DNA of 64,000 nt, taken from positions 4,608,001 to 4,672,000 of the forward strand of contig OZ242005.1 in assembly GCA_965204725.1 (NCBI GenBank), written 5' to 3'. The DNA comes from Candidatus Latescibacterota bacterium. Its GTDB lineage: Bacteria; Latescibacterota; UBA2968; UBA8231. The position numbers were made by a program, and so were the translations under genes. A model generated the notes under the pieces. The model had not been told where the DNA came from, searched no databases, and saw only the letters and a list, made by a program, of their open reading frames with translations. Every line of letters begins with the position of its first letter. Position 1 is the stretch's first letter. Shown here piece by piece: positions 47,871-58,433 of this stretch.

Positions 47871-49967
47871 TTAACAGGCTTCTGTCGCTGTCAGCACCAT
47901 CAGTCCAACCTCGTCAACGCGCACTTGGTACTGCGGATGGACGACCGTGGTTGAATCGATCTCCTCGACGATGGCCGGTCCTTGCACCTCTGCGCCAGCC
48001 CCCAGCGCATAGCGGTCGTACACCGGGCAATCGACGAATCCCTCGCGCTCGGCAAAATACACCGGGCGGTTTCCCTTTGTCGTTACCTCTCCGGCGGCCT
48101 TCGCCAGCGGCGCCAGCGCGGGTTTGGCGATCTGGCCGATGGCTGAGAGCCGCACACTGACCAACTCGATGTCCTCACCCGGTGCGCTGAAGCCATAGGC
48201 GCGCTCGTGTGTGCGGTGGAACTGGGCTAATAGCTGCTCTAGCTGGGCTGGGCCCAAGGCGCCGGTCGTCAACGGCAGCGTCAGCTCGTGGCTCTGCCCA
48301 ACGTAGCGCAGATCCACTTGGCGTCTGAATTCCATGGCCGCTTCCGCCATCCCTTCGCGCCCCAGCGTTTCCCGACCCTGCGTCTCCAACGTGCGGAAGG
48401 TCTGCTCTAGGGTTTGGGGAGCTACTTGGTCTAGCCGCTGGATAAGGGTGGTTGCGTAATCGTGTTTTAAGTCCGTCACCAACAGGCCCAACGCCGAGGC
48501 CGTGCCTGGGCTTTGGGGTATGATCGCCACGGGGATCTCGGTCAGGGCGGCGAGGCGATTGGCGTGAGCCGGCCCCGCGCCACCAAAGGCCACTAGCGCG
48601 AAGTCGCGCGGATCGTAGCCTCGCTGCACGGAGACCAACCGCAGCGCGTTGACCATGGCGGTGTTGGCGATCTCGACGATGCCATAGGCCGCCGCGACCA
48701 AATCCATGCCCAGCGGCCGGGCGCAATGTTGTTCGATGGCGCGTTGGGCGGCCGCCGGATCAATGGCGATTTCGCCGCCGAGGAAATAGCTCGGGTTGAG
48801 CCGTCCCAATACGAGGTTGGCATCGGTGACCGTGGGGTGCGTCCCGCCTTGGCCATAGCAGGCCGGCCCGGGATCGGCCCCGGCACTTTGAGGGCCGACC
48901 CGCAGGATGCCGCCGGGGTCCACCCAAGCGATGGACCCGCCGCCCGCGCCGATTTCCACGAGGTCAATCACAGGGGTGCGGATGGGATACCCCGCGCCGC
49001 GCGTCGCCCCAATGCCCGCTTGCGCGGTCGTTCCGACCTCGTAGTCCTTGGTTACGCTCGGCGCACCGTCTTGGATCAGCGCGGCTTTGGCCGTCGTTCC
49101 ACCCATATCGAAGGAAATCACGTGCTGATACCCCCGCGCCTGCCCCAGATGCGCGGCCGCAATCACACCGGCGGCCGGGCCGGACTCAACCATGTAAACC
49201 GGCTTTTGCCGTGCCGCCGCAAAGGGGTACACCCCGCCGCTGCTCTGCATTACGAGTAGCTCGGCGGCAATACCGGCCTGTGCCAACCGATTTTCGATCC
49301 GCTGCAAATAGCGTGCGACGACCGGACGGATGCAACTATTGATCGCGGTCGTGCTAGCCCGCAAATACTCGCGGAACTCGGGTGCCACTTCGGCCGACAG
49401 CGAGACGATGGCCTCGGGAAAGACTTCGGCGAGAATCGCCCCGGCCCGCCGCTCGTGGACGGGGTTGGCGTAGGCGTGCAAAAAGCAGACGGCGATGGCC
49501 TCCACGCCCTCCGCTCGCAGTGTGGCCGCTACTTGGCGCAGGGCGTCTTCGTCGAGCGGTGTCAGCACGGTGCCGCCGGCATTGAGGCGCTCGGGTACGC
49601 CAAAACAGCGGTGGCGCGGCACGAGCGGCCGGGGCTTTTCAAACTGCAAGTCGTAGAGAGCGGGACGAATTTGGCGGGCGATCTCCAGCATATCGCGGAA
49701 ACCCTCGGTGGTGATAAAGCCCGTTGGCGCGACCTTGCCCTCAATGATGGCGTTGGTGGCGATTGTGGTGCCGTGAACGATGTAAGCCACGTCTTTAGCG
49801 GCGATCTGCTGCTTGGCGAGCAGCCGCTGCACAGCTTCCATAAACCCGCCAGACGGGTCTTGGGGGGTCGAAGAGACTTTGCCGGTGTAGATGCGCCCCG
49901 TCGTCTCGTCAATGAGCGCAATATCGGTAAAGGTGCCGCCGATATCGACGCCGAGTCTATAGGCCAT
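47871..49967 (-). CDS. hyuA: Hydantoinase A / 5-oxoprolinase alpha subunit
   Basis: DIGGTFTD, HGTT, SGPAAG, DMGGTT, GAGGGSIA. Confidence 0.9.
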   Translation of the reverse strand: MAYRLGVDIGGTFTDIALIDETTGRIYTGKVSSTPQDPSGGFMEAVQRLLAKQQIAAKDVAYIVHGTTIATNAIIEGKVAPTGFITTEGFRDMLEIARQIRPALYDLQFEKPRPLVPRHRCFGVPERLNAGGTVLTPLDEDALRQVAATLRAEGVEAIAVCFLHAYANPVHERRAGAILAEVFPEAIVSLSAEVAPEFREYLRASTTAINSCIRPVVARYLQRIENRLAQAGIAAELLVMQSSGGVYPFAAARQKPVYMVESGPAAGVIAAAHLGQARGYQHVISFDMGGTTAKAALIQDGAPSVTKDYEVGTTAQAGIGATRGAGYPIRTPVIDLVEIGAGGGSIAWVDPGGILRVGPQSAGADPGPACYGQGGTHPTVTDANLVLGRLNPSYFLGGEIAIDPAAAQRAIEQHCARPLGMDLVAAAYGIVEIANTAMVNALRLVSVQRGYDPRDFALVAFGGAGPAHANRLAALTEIPVAIIPQSPGTASALGLLVTDLKHDYATTLIQRLDQVAPQTLEQTFRTLETQGRETLGREGMAEAAMEFRRQVDLRYVGQSHELTLPLTTGALGPAQLEQLLAQFHRTHERAYGFSAPGEDIELVSVRLSAIGQIAKPALAPLAKAAGEVTTKGNRPVYFAEREGFVDCPVYDRYALGAGAEVQGPAIVEEIDSTTVVHPQYQVRVDEVGLMVLTATEAC

Positions 49968-51696
49968 CGCCGGTCATCTCCCGCCGTTGCGCCGCGGTCG
50001 CGGCTTGATCGGCTTGCCCGGTGGTGCTGTCGATGACCACGCCATACTCCGCCCGCGCCCGCTCCGCGCTCACCTTGCCCTCGCGCACATCCTCGGCCAC
50101 CGCTTGAGGGTCGCGGCGATGGGGCGGTCCGTAGCCGCCGCCGCCGCAAGTGCGATAGCTGAAGACGGTATCGGCCGCGAGCGCAATCGTCGTCTTGGAC
50201 CCCAATTCGACGTGCTCCCCTTGGGGATCGAGGATGTACCGAGCCTTGCCCCCGGCTTGCCCTCCAGCCAGTCCTTCCGGTCCCCAGCGGTCCCGGTCCG
50301 ATAGAACGGTAAAGGACACTTCGTGATCGATAAATCGGTAGTCTCGCCGCAGTCCCAAGCCGCCGCGATATTGCCCGGCACCCTCTGAATCCTCTATCAG
50401 CTCATAGCGATCAATCCGCAACGGATAGTTAATCTCGATTTCCTCAATCGGCGCGTTCTCGGTGTTTTGACCGTGGCACTGCACGGCGTCCGGCCCGTCC
50501 TTAGTACTGCGCCCGCCATAGCCGCCCGCCATCGTCTCATAGTAGGAATAAAGCTGCCCGGTGCGCGGGTCTGTGCCGCCAAACCCCACTTGGCACATCG
50601 TCCCCTTGGTCGCGGCCGGTATTGTCTCGGGCAGTGCCGGATGCAGTGCCCTGAGCAGGACATCGGTGAGCCGCACTTGGGTCTCCCAGCCCCCAACCAC
50701 GGGCGAGGGGGCCGTGCAGTTGACGACCGTCCCCGCGGGAGCGACGAGCCGCACTTGGTCGTAAAACCCAGCGTTGACCGGCACGTCTTGGTCAATCAGG
50801 CACTTGAGTACGTACGCGCAAGCCGCATAGGTCTGCGCGTACGTGGAATTGACCGGGGCCCGGCGCTGGGGGTCGCACCCGGTTAGGTCGAAGAGCACCC
50901 CATCTTCGTCGATGACGACGCGGGCTTGGAGCCGCACGGGTTCGTCGGTAAAGCCGTCGTTATCGACGACACCAGCGGCCGTGAATTCCCCCTTGGGCAA
51001 TTTGCCTAACTCGGATAGGGTCCGCTCCCTAGTGTAGTCAATGAGCCGATCCATGTAGAAAGACGCCGGGGCCAGTCCAACCTGCTCGACGAGGGCGTTG
51101 AGCCGACGAATCCCCGAGTTGTTGGCCGCCACTTGGGCGCGAAAGTCGCCGCGCGTCTCCCGCTTGGAGCGAATTTGGGCAATGACCAACTCAAAGACAT
51201 CGGTCGCGATTTCCCCGCCGCGCACCAACTTTACCGGCGGGATGATGACGCCCTCTTGGTACACCTGCTGGAAGGCTCCAATGCTGGCGGGCGCACCGCC
51301 CCCCACATCGACGTGATGGGCGAGATTGGCGACATAGCCAAAAAGTTCCTCGCCGCAATAGACCGGCGAAATCAGGGTGATGTCGTTGAGGTGGACTCCG
51401 CCGCGATAGGGATCGTTGACGAGGATCGCGTCGCCGGCTTGCAAGCGCTCAGGCCCGTATTCGGCGACTGCGCGGGGCGTGAGGATGGTCAGCGAGCCGA
51501 GGTGGACCGGCTGGGTAAAGGCTTGGGCGACGGGCCGCAACTGGCGGTCGAAAAAGGCGCAGGAGAAATCGGCGCGGGTTTTGATGTTGGTGGAATACGC
51601 GCTGCGCCGGAGGGCGATGGCCATCTCCTCGGTAGCTTCGAGCAGGGCGTTGCGAATGACCTCGAATTGGATGGGGTCGATCTGGTCGGGCCGCAT
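49957..51696 (-). CDS. hyuB: Hydantoinase B / 5-oxoprolinase beta subunit
   Basis: NDPYRGGVHLND, HHVDVGG, GGGGYG. Confidence 0.9.
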   Translation of the reverse strand: MRPDQIDPIQFEVIRNALLEATEEMAIALRRSAYSTNIKTRADFSCAFFDRQLRPVAQAFTQPVHLGSLTILTPRAVAEYGPERLQAGDAILVNDPYRGGVHLNDITLISPVYCGEELFGYVANLAHHVDVGGGAPASIGAFQQVYQEGVIIPPVKLVRGGEIATDVFELVIAQIRSKRETRGDFRAQVAANNSGIRRLNALVEQVGLAPASFYMDRLIDYTRERTLSELGKLPKGEFTAAGVVDNDGFTDEPVRLQARVVIDEDGVLFDLTGCDPQRRAPVNSTYAQTYAACAYVLKCLIDQDVPVNAGFYDQVRLVAPAGTVVNCTAPSPVVGGWETQVRLTDVLLRALHPALPETIPAATKGTMCQVGFGGTDPRTGQLYSYYETMAGGYGGRSTKDGPDAVQCHGQNTENAPIEEIEINYPLRIDRYELIEDSEGAGQYRGGLGLRRDYRFIDHEVSFTVLSDRDRWGPEGLAGGQAGGKARYILDPQGEHVELGSKTTIALAADTVFSYRTCGGGGYGPPHRRDPQAVAEDVREGKVSAERARAEYGVVIDSTTGQADQAATAAQRREMTGDGL

Positions 51697-51708
51697 GGTT
51701 CGAGGCCC

Positions 51709-52785
51709 TCAGCCCAAGTCCAAACCAAAATCCGCCGGGTTGAGGCCACTGTCTTCGGCTAGGCCCCGTAGGCTGATCAGGACGTCCTCGGGCATGACAA
51801 TACCCTCGGCTAGTGCTTGTTCCCGCTTGTTCCACTCGATCTCGCCCGGCAGGAAGATGGTTCCGCCCTTCGCTGTGGACGCACCCTTGATCTCTTTGCA
51901 GACGGCGTCCATGCGGGCGTGGAATTCCGCCAGCGGCATCATCGCGCCGACGTCGAGGGCCACAAAGGCATGGCCTTGGTTTGAGGGCGCGTCCGTGTCT
52001 GCCACCCAGCTTTGGACGCCGCTCATCATGGCCGCTCCAGTCAGGGTGGCCGTCAGCAGTTCCACTAGCACGGCCAATCCGTACCCTTTGTGTCCGGCCA
52101 TGGGCAACTGCGCCCCTTTTTCCGGGAACTCGGTGGGATCGGTCGTTGGAATGCCGTCTTCATCCACCAGCCAAGTGTCTGGAATGCTGCGCCCTTCGTT
52201 TTTGGCGGCGAATATCTTGGTGGCCGCAACCGCGCTCGTGGCAATGTCCAACATGACGGTGCGGTCGGTGCCGGTCGGGGCGGCGTAGGCGATCGGGTTG
52301 GTCCCCAGAACGCGGCTCTTGCCGCCCGGCACGGTCATGCAGGGTTCCACGTTGCACATGGAAAGGCCGATCATGTCGTTTTCGGCGATCATGTTGGCGT
52401 AAAACCCGGCCGCCCCGTAGTGGCTGCTGCCGCGGATGCCGATGTAGCACATACCGCTTTTGCGGGCTTTTGCAACGGCGAGTTCAACGGCGCGGCAGGA
52501 GATGGCGGGCGGCATGCCGTCGCAGGCGTCGATAATGGCCCAAGACGGGCCTTGAGCGACGATATGCTCTTTCGCGGTTGCAACCAGACGACCGCGCCGC
52601 GCATTCTGCATCAAGCCGCGGATTTGCCGGGTGCCGTGCGTAAAGGTGCCCCAAGTGTCGGTGGTGACGAAGACGCGGGCGCTCAGTTCGGCGTCTTCTC
52701 TGCTGAGGCCGGCTTTGACCATGGCGGCGATGCAAAAGGCCGTCAGGTCGTCCGGTCGGATGCTTTGGCGGGTAGATTCAGTCAA
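51709..52785 (-). CDS. Ldh_2 family (malate/L-lactate/sulfolactate/ureidoglycolate) dehydrogenase
   Basis: THG, SSHYG, GTNPIAY, DIATS, HKGYGL, LPGE. Confidence 0.9.
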   Translation of the reverse strand: MTESTRQSIRPDDLTAFCIAAMVKAGLSREDAELSARVFVTTDTWGTFTHGTRQIRGLMQNARRGRLVATAKEHIVAQGPSWAIIDACDGMPPAISCRAVELAVAKARKSGMCYIGIRGSSHYGAAGFYANMIAENDMIGLSMCNVEPCMTVPGGKSRVLGTNPIAYAAPTGTDRTVMLDIATSAVAATKIFAAKNEGRSIPDTWLVDEDGIPTTDPTEFPEKGAQLPMAGHKGYGLAVLVELLTATLTGAAMMSGVQSWVADTDAPSNQGHAFVALDVGAMMPLAEFHARMDAVCKEIKGASTAKGGTIFLPGEIEWNKREQALAEGIVMPEDVLISLRGLAEDSGLNPADFGLDLG

Positions 52786-52961
52786 TGGGTAGGCTCCTTT
52801 TTGATTGGTGCGGGATTCGCAAGTAGGATAAAGAGATTTTTCGCGGCCCGGTCAAGGTCCCTGAGAGGCGTCCTTTATTGACGACGGACGGGTATAGGGC
52901 CTTGTCCACAGCAATAGAATTGGGCATTATTGCGCAGGTCCTAAACGGAAGTGAGCACACT

Positions 52962-54545
52962 ATGCGTTTCTTCAACACAACCGGCCCCATCGTCGCGGCC
53001 GATCACTACCACATCCCGCCGCTGGAGCGGATCGACCGCGACGAAGTCCTGCTGCGGATCGAGCAGCAGCGGTACTGTGTGCTACACGCGCCGCGGCAGA
53101 CGGGCAGGACCTCCGTGCTACTGGCACTGCGGGACGAACTGAACGCCAGCGGGCGGTATCGCTGTCTGTACATCAACGTCGAGATCGGCCAGTCGGCGCG
53201 GGAGGATGTAGGGGAGGCTATCCGGGCCATTCTCGGTCAGCTCGTCTTAGAGGCGGAGTTTGTTTTGCGCGACCTGACGCTACGGGACATAAGCCTCGAC
53301 ACGCTAAAGACGTTTGGCCCGCACCAAGCACTACAAGAGACGTTGCGCCGCTGGTCGGCGGCCGATGATAAGCCGCTGGTGCTGCTGATTGACGAGATCG
53401 ACGCGCTGATCGGCGACACGCTCTTGGCCGTGCTGCGGCAACTGTGCGCCGGCTATCCCGACCGGCCGCAGCACTACCCGCAGACCGTCGTTTTGTGCGG
53501 CGTGCGCAATGTGCGCGATTATCGCATCCAATCCACGGCCGAGAACGCCATCGTCGCTGGAAGCAGCGCGTTCAACATCCGCGCCGAGTCCCTGCGGCTG
53601 GACGATTTCTCACCGGGCGAAGTGCAGGCGCTGTTGGCGCAGCACACCGAGACCACCGGGCAGGTGTTTGCCGAGGACGCACAAAACGAGGTTTGGCAAT
53701 TGACGCAGGGGCAGCCGTGGCTGGTGAATGCTTTGGCGGATGAAGCGTGTTTTAGGAACAAGGCCGGGCGCGACCGCAGTCGCATTATCACGGCCGAGGC
53801 GATATACGACGCCCGCGAGCAACTCATCCTGCGGCGCGAACCCCACCTCGACCAACTCACCGACAAGCTGCAAGAGAAGCGCGTGCAGCGCGTGGTCGAG
53901 CCGCTGCTGAGCGGCACCGACTTCGACTTGGCACTCCCCCGAGACGACTTGCAATACGTGCGCGATTTGGGCCTTTTGTGCCGACAAGGAGCCTTCGCCA
54001 TTGCCAACCCGATCTATCGAGAAGTCATCCCCCGCGACCTGACCTACACCACGCAGGAATACTTAACGCAAGACCCGGCTGGGTACGTGGATGCCGAAGG
54101 TCGGCTGCGCCTCGACGACTTGCTGACTGCGTTCCAAGCGTTCTTCCGCGAACATTCGGAGCACTGGATCGAGCGATTCCAGTACAAGGAAGCCGGTCCC
54201 CAACTGCTATTGCAGGCGTTCTTGCAGCGCATCGTCAACAGCGGCGGGCGCATGGAGCGCGAGTATGGCTTGGGTCGGATGCGCACAGACCTGCTGATCC
54301 TATGGCCGGTCCCCGGCGACGCGCCAGCGCAGCGGGTGGTGATCGAATGCAAACCGCTGTACAACAGCTTGGAGCAGACCCTCGTCGTGGGCCTCAACCA
54401 GACCCGCGTCTATATGAATCGCTACGCCGCCAGCGAAGGCCACCTCGTGATCTTCAACCGCACCGCCGGGGTGTCGTGGGACGACAAGATATTCCGCCAC
54501 GAGGAGGGCATAGGCGAGGCGAGAGTCACCGTGTGGGGTATGTGA
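52962..54545 (+). CDS. AAA-like ATPase with C-terminal PD-(D/E)XK domain
   Basis: MRFFNTTGP, APRQTGRTS (Walker A K>R), LLIDEID, GQPWLVN, RTDL...IECK. Confidence 0.85.
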   Translation: MRFFNTTGPIVAADHYHIPPLERIDRDEVLLRIEQQRYCVLHAPRQTGRTSVLLALRDELNASGRYRCLYINVEIGQSAREDVGEAIRAILGQLVLEAEFVLRDLTLRDISLDTLKTFGPHQALQETLRRWSAADDKPLVLLIDEIDALIGDTLLAVLRQLCAGYPDRPQHYPQTVVLCGVRNVRDYRIQSTAENAIVAGSSAFNIRAESLRLDDFSPGEVQALLAQHTETTGQVFAEDAQNEVWQLTQGQPWLVNALADEACFRNKAGRDRSRIITAEAIYDAREQLILRREPHLDQLTDKLQEKRVQRVVEPLLSGTDFDLALPRDDLQYVRDLGLLCRQGAFAIANPIYREVIPRDLTYTTQEYLTQDPAGYVDAEGRLRLDDLLTAFQAFFREHSEHWIERFQYKEAGPQLLLQAFLQRIVNSGGRMEREYGLGRMRTDLLILWPVPGDAPAQRVVIECKPLYNSLEQTLVVGLNQTRVYMNRYAASEGHLVIFNRTAGVSWDDKIFRHEEGIGEARVTVWGM

Positions 54546-54574
54546 AAAAGATCAAAAGCTAGGAGATAGAACTT

Positions 54575-55360
54575 ATGAACGAGAGTACGGGGCTTGAGCA
54601 GTACGTAACAATACAAGAATACCTCAAGGATCGGCGCTGCATTATCACCGGCTCTAGTGGGACGATTGGGAAAGTTTTTGCGACCTTTATCGCCTCGTGC
54701 GGCGGAATCCCCATTCTGGTAGATGTCGTGCCCCAAGACGACACAGTGGAGGCCGTCGCGTCCTACGGCGGCAAGTACAGCACCCATCGCGTGGATCTCA
54801 GCGACGTTGCCCAGATCAAATCCTTGTACGCTGAAATAGCCGAACAGTACGACGGCCTCGATATGCTCATCAACAACGCCGGGCTCCTCAGCGAGGTAAA
54901 GCTGCTCGATATGACCGAGGACAACTGGGACCGCGTCCTCAATGTAAATGCCAAAGGCGCGGCCTTTATGAGCCAAGGGGCGGTCGGCCTGATGAAAGGC
55001 GGCAGCCGCGATCGGCAAATCATCAACATCGTGTCGCTAGCCGCACTGGTGGGCGGGCTGTACGTAGGGGCACCCTATGTTTGCAGCAAGGCGGCCCTGC
55101 TCGGTCTCAGCCGCAACTATGCGGTGCAAGCCGGTAGGGAATTCGGGATTCGCGTCAATTCCATCAGCCCGGTTATTGTCAGCGGCCAGATGATTTCCAA
55201 CACGCCACGCGAAGCCATTGACGGAGTCAAAAACCTAATGAAGGTGTGGAAGCAAGAAGTTCCCCCCGTGCATCTGCTCTATGTTTTTGAAATGCTGTGT
55301 AGAACCCCGTCGATGACCGGCAAAAACATCGTCCTCGATGGCGGCATTTTGTTGGAGTAG
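54575..55360 (+). CDS. SDR family oxidoreductase
   Basis: TGSSGTIG, NNAG, YVCSK, DGG. Confidence 0.85.
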   Translation: MNESTGLEQYVTIQEYLKDRRCIITGSSGTIGKVFATFIASCGGIPILVDVVPQDDTVEAVASYGGKYSTHRVDLSDVAQIKSLYAEIAEQYDGLDMLINNAGLLSEVKLLDMTEDNWDRVLNVNAKGAAFMSQGAVGLMKGGSRDRQIINIVSLAALVGGLYVGAPYVCSKAALLGLSRNYAVQAGREFGIRVNSISPVIVSGQMISNTPREAIDGVKNLMKVWKQEVPPVHLLYVFEMLCRTPSMTGKNIVLDGGILLE

Positions 55361-55390
55361 AACAGAATTGCTTGTGGAGGCGATACACCC

Positions 55391-56038
55391 ATGCACAGTT
55401 CAATACTCAGCGACAGCGACTTTGAGATGATCGCCCGCGGCCACCCGGTCGCGCTGGCGGAGTACTTTCGCGGCTTTACCAACACCAAAAGGCTGGGGCT
55501 GCTAGCGCCCAATCGCCTAGAGGGCGTCGGGGCCGTCAATTTGGTCATGGCCCACACAACCGCCTTTTACAACACGTACCGCGCCCGCGGCGAGGATTTC
55601 TTCTCGTACCCCGACTACTTCACCTTCCAATCGCGTGCGCCCAAGGCGGCCTACGGAATGTTCGACATCTGGCCGGCGCACAAAGACGTGTTGGTCGGTG
55701 CCGATGCGGCCGAGCGGCTCAACGCGATCACCGACCGTGCGGTCAACATCTTGCTCGTGCCCGACGGCCCCCCGGCCCCGTGCGAGTACCAGCGGCAGCA
55801 GTTAGCCGCGGCCGAGCGGCTCATCGAAACCTGCTATGCGTATTCGGCCACCGGCGCGGTCGCTGACCCCGACTTGGTCATCCGCTGCCCGGTCGATCCG
55901 CTCGCCGCTTGGTGCCAAAGCGTTGTTGAGTCCGTGCCCGACAGCGAGCGCGGAAAGGGCTGGCATGGCCAAGGTCCCGTCCTCGAACAGTCCTTCCGCC
56001 GCATCAGCCGCCAAGACGCGCTCGCTCGCCTCGCTTAA
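55391..56038 (+). CDS. Hypothetical protein
   Basis: 215-aa ORF with GGAGG RBS, in an operon between SDR and PhyH genes. Confidence 0.65.
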   Translation: MHSSILSDSDFEMIARGHPVALAEYFRGFTNTKRLGLLAPNRLEGVGAVNLVMAHTTAFYNTYRARGEDFFSYPDYFTFQSRAPKAAYGMFDIWPAHKDVLVGADAAERLNAITDRAVNILLVPDGPPAPCEYQRQQLAAAERLIETCYAYSATGAVADPDLVIRCPVDPLAAWCQSVVESVPDSERGKGWHGQGPVLEQSFRRISRQDALARLA

Positions 56039-56053
56039 CCCAAGGAGCTTGCC

Positions 56054-56839
56054 ATGACCGTTCTCCACGCCCCCGCGCTCAGCGCCGCCGAACTCGACCA
56101 GTTTCACGAGCAGGGATACGTGCGCCTCGGCCACGTCGCCCCGCGCACAGAAATCGACGCCCTCTGCCAGCGCATTGACCAGATCATGCTCGGCACAGTG
56201 CGCTACGACGACATGCTCATGCAGCTATGTCCTTCGGTTGGCAATCCCGATCTTGCGCGGCAGACGAAGGAGTTTAAGGGCTCTTCGCTCAAGTACCGCA
56301 AAATTCAGGACTTGGAGCAGGATCCGCTGTTCTTGGGCTATTTGCAAAAGCCACTCTTCCGCGACCTAACCGGCAAAATTATCGGCGCGGAGGTCTCGAT
56401 CTTCCGCGCCATGTTTTTCAACAAGCCGGCCGAGCAGGGCATCACGATCAACTGGCACCAAGACGGCGCGGGCGGCTGGCATCTGAGCATTCCCCCGCAA
56501 GTCACGGTGTGGACCGCGCTCGACGACACGTGCGTTGCCAACGGCTGCCTGCAAATCATCCCCGGCTCGCACCACAGCATGATCCCCGAAACGGGCGACC
56601 TGCTTTCGGCGGACGAGCGCGCGCTGCATGCACCCGATGAGAAGCGGCTCTATTTGGAAATGGAAAAAGGCGAGGTGGTGCTTTTGCACAACTGGACCTT
56701 GCACCGCTCGGAGACGAATAACACCAACCGCCCGCGCCGTGCGTTCAGCGTCTGCTACATTGACGCGGCTACCCGCCAAACGACTACGGGCCGCGCCTTC
56801 CCCGGCGTCTTCCCGACCTACCGGCCTATTGGTAGTTGA
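56054..56839 (+). CDS. Phytanoyl-CoA dioxygenase (PhyH) family Fe/2OG enzyme
   Basis: WHQD, NGCL..IPGSH, LHRS..N....RR. Confidence 0.9.
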   Translation: MTVLHAPALSAAELDQFHEQGYVRLGHVAPRTEIDALCQRIDQIMLGTVRYDDMLMQLCPSVGNPDLARQTKEFKGSSLKYRKIQDLEQDPLFLGYLQKPLFRDLTGKIIGAEVSIFRAMFFNKPAEQGITINWHQDGAGGWHLSIPPQVTVWTALDDTCVANGCLQIIPGSHHSMIPETGDLLSADERALHAPDEKRLYLEMEKGEVVLLHNWTLHRSETNNTNRPRRAFSVCYIDAATRQTTTGRAFPGVFPTYRPIGS

Positions 56840-58274
56840 TAAAAGCGACCTTGTGCTCGGTGAAAAACTCGATCCCGGTGTCGCCCGATTCTGGAATCCC
56901 GTGCCCGGAAGCCTTCACCCCGCCAAATGAGAGCTGAGGCTCGCGGTAGGCCGTCATCATGTTCACGTGCGTCAGCCCCACGTCGGTCTTTGCCAAAAAC
57001 TCGAAAGCCCGCGCAAGGTCCCGCGTGAAAATGGACGACGCCAGCCCAAACTCCACGCCATTGGCGATTGCTAGGGCCTCAGAAAAATCCGCTGCTACCA
57101 TTAGGCACAACACCGGGCCGAAAATCTCCTCCTGCGCGATGCGCATCTGCGGCTGAACATCGGTAAAGACCGTCGGCGCGATAAAACACCCTTTGTCCAG
57201 CCCATTGGCGATCAAGCGCTCGCCCCCATGCGCGATGCGGCCCCCTTCCGCTTTGCCGATCTCGATGTAGCCCTCAATGGTTTCGAGTTGGTCCGTGCCG
57301 CACACCGGCCCCATATCCACCCCAGCCGCCACCCCATTCCCCACCCGAATTTGCTGGACGCGCGCTAGCACCTTGTCGGCGAAGGCGGCGGCGACCTCGC
57401 GCACGACGATGGCCCGGCTCGTCGAAGTACACCACTGCCCAGCGCAGGCGTAGGCCGCCTTGACGACCGCATCCGCCGCCAAGTCGAGGTCGGCGTCTGC
57501 CAAGATGACCGCGGGGTTTTTGCCGCCCATCTCTAGCTGGGTGCGGATTAGCCCTTGGGCCGCGCGCTGCTGAATGCCCTTGCCCACTTGGGTCGAGCCG
57601 GTAAAGGAAATCGACTGCACCAACGGATGCGTAATCATGGTTTCCCCGACCGTACTCCCCCCGCCGCAGACGAAGTTCAGTACGCCCGCTGGCAGCCCGG
57701 CCTCGACGAAAATATCCACGAAGGCCCGCCCGGCCCCGGGCGTTAGGCTCGCCGGCTTGAAGACGATGGTGTTGCCGCTGATCAGGGCCGGCGTACACTT
57801 GCGCCCCGGCACGTTGAACGGAAAGTTCCAAGGGCTGATGATCGACGCCACCCCGAGGGGCCGCCGCATGCTGTAGGCAAACACCTTAGGTTGCGCCGAG
57901 GGCGCGGTCTGGCCGCATAAGGAGATCCCTTGGGCGATCTGGAACTCCATCTCACGCACCGCCGACCCCACTTCGGTGCGCGCTTCGTCGAGCGTCTTGC
58001 CGTTTTCCGCGGTGAGGATGGCGGCGATTTCTTCGGATCGCCCCTTTAGCACTGCGACCGCCCGCGACAAGCACTCTGCCCGCTGGTACACCCCCATGTC
58101 GGCCCACGCCGGAAACGCCGCGTGTGCCGCTTCAATGGCCTGCTCGGCGTCGGCTCTGGTGCCTTGGGGCCACTCCCCGGTTACGTGTTCTAGGTCGGCT
58201 GGATTGCGCTGGGCAAAGGTCTGTCCGTCCGAGGCCCCGACCCACTGGCCGTCGATGTAGTTTTGGGATTTCAT
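56826..58274 (-). CDS. Aldehyde dehydrogenase (KGSADH-like)
   Basis: PWNFP, FTGS, LEMGGKN, GQWCT, EEIFGP, FGGVKASG. Confidence 0.92.
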   Translation of the reverse strand: MKSQNYIDGQWVGASDGQTFAQRNPADLEHVTGEWPQGTRADAEQAIEAAHAAFPAWADMGVYQRAECLSRAVAVLKGRSEEIAAILTAENGKTLDEARTEVGSAVREMEFQIAQGISLCGQTAPSAQPKVFAYSMRRPLGVASIISPWNFPFNVPGRKCTPALISGNTIVFKPASLTPGAGRAFVDIFVEAGLPAGVLNFVCGGGSTVGETMITHPLVQSISFTGSTQVGKGIQQRAAQGLIRTQLEMGGKNPAVILADADLDLAADAVVKAAYACAGQWCTSTSRAIVVREVAAAFADKVLARVQQIRVGNGVAAGVDMGPVCGTDQLETIEGYIEIGKAEGGRIAHGGERLIANGLDKGCFIAPTVFTDVQPQMRIAQEEIFGPVLCLMVAADFSEALAIANGVEFGLASSIFTRDLARAFEFLAKTDVGLTHVNMMTAYREPQLSFGGVKASGHGIPESGDTGIEFFTEHKVAFINYQ

Positions 58275-58285
58275 AATAGCTCCAG

Positions 58286-58401
58286 CTAAGTACGCGACAC
58301 TTGCGTTGAGTCCGCCTTTTCTGGCGTTGCCGCTGCGTCCGGGATCGAGGGCGTCCCGCCCTCGATCCTAGAAAGGTTGACCGCTGGTGTCGTGTAGTAA
58401 G
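58286..58401. mobile_element. MITE copy 3 with perfect 9-bp TSD
   Basis: TAGCTCCAG at 58277-58285 and 58402-58410; ends CTAAGTACGCGACAC / GTGTCGTGTAGTAAG. Confidence 0.88.
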
Positions 58402-58433
58402 TAGCTCCAGTTAAAAGTGATCCGCCGATGCGT

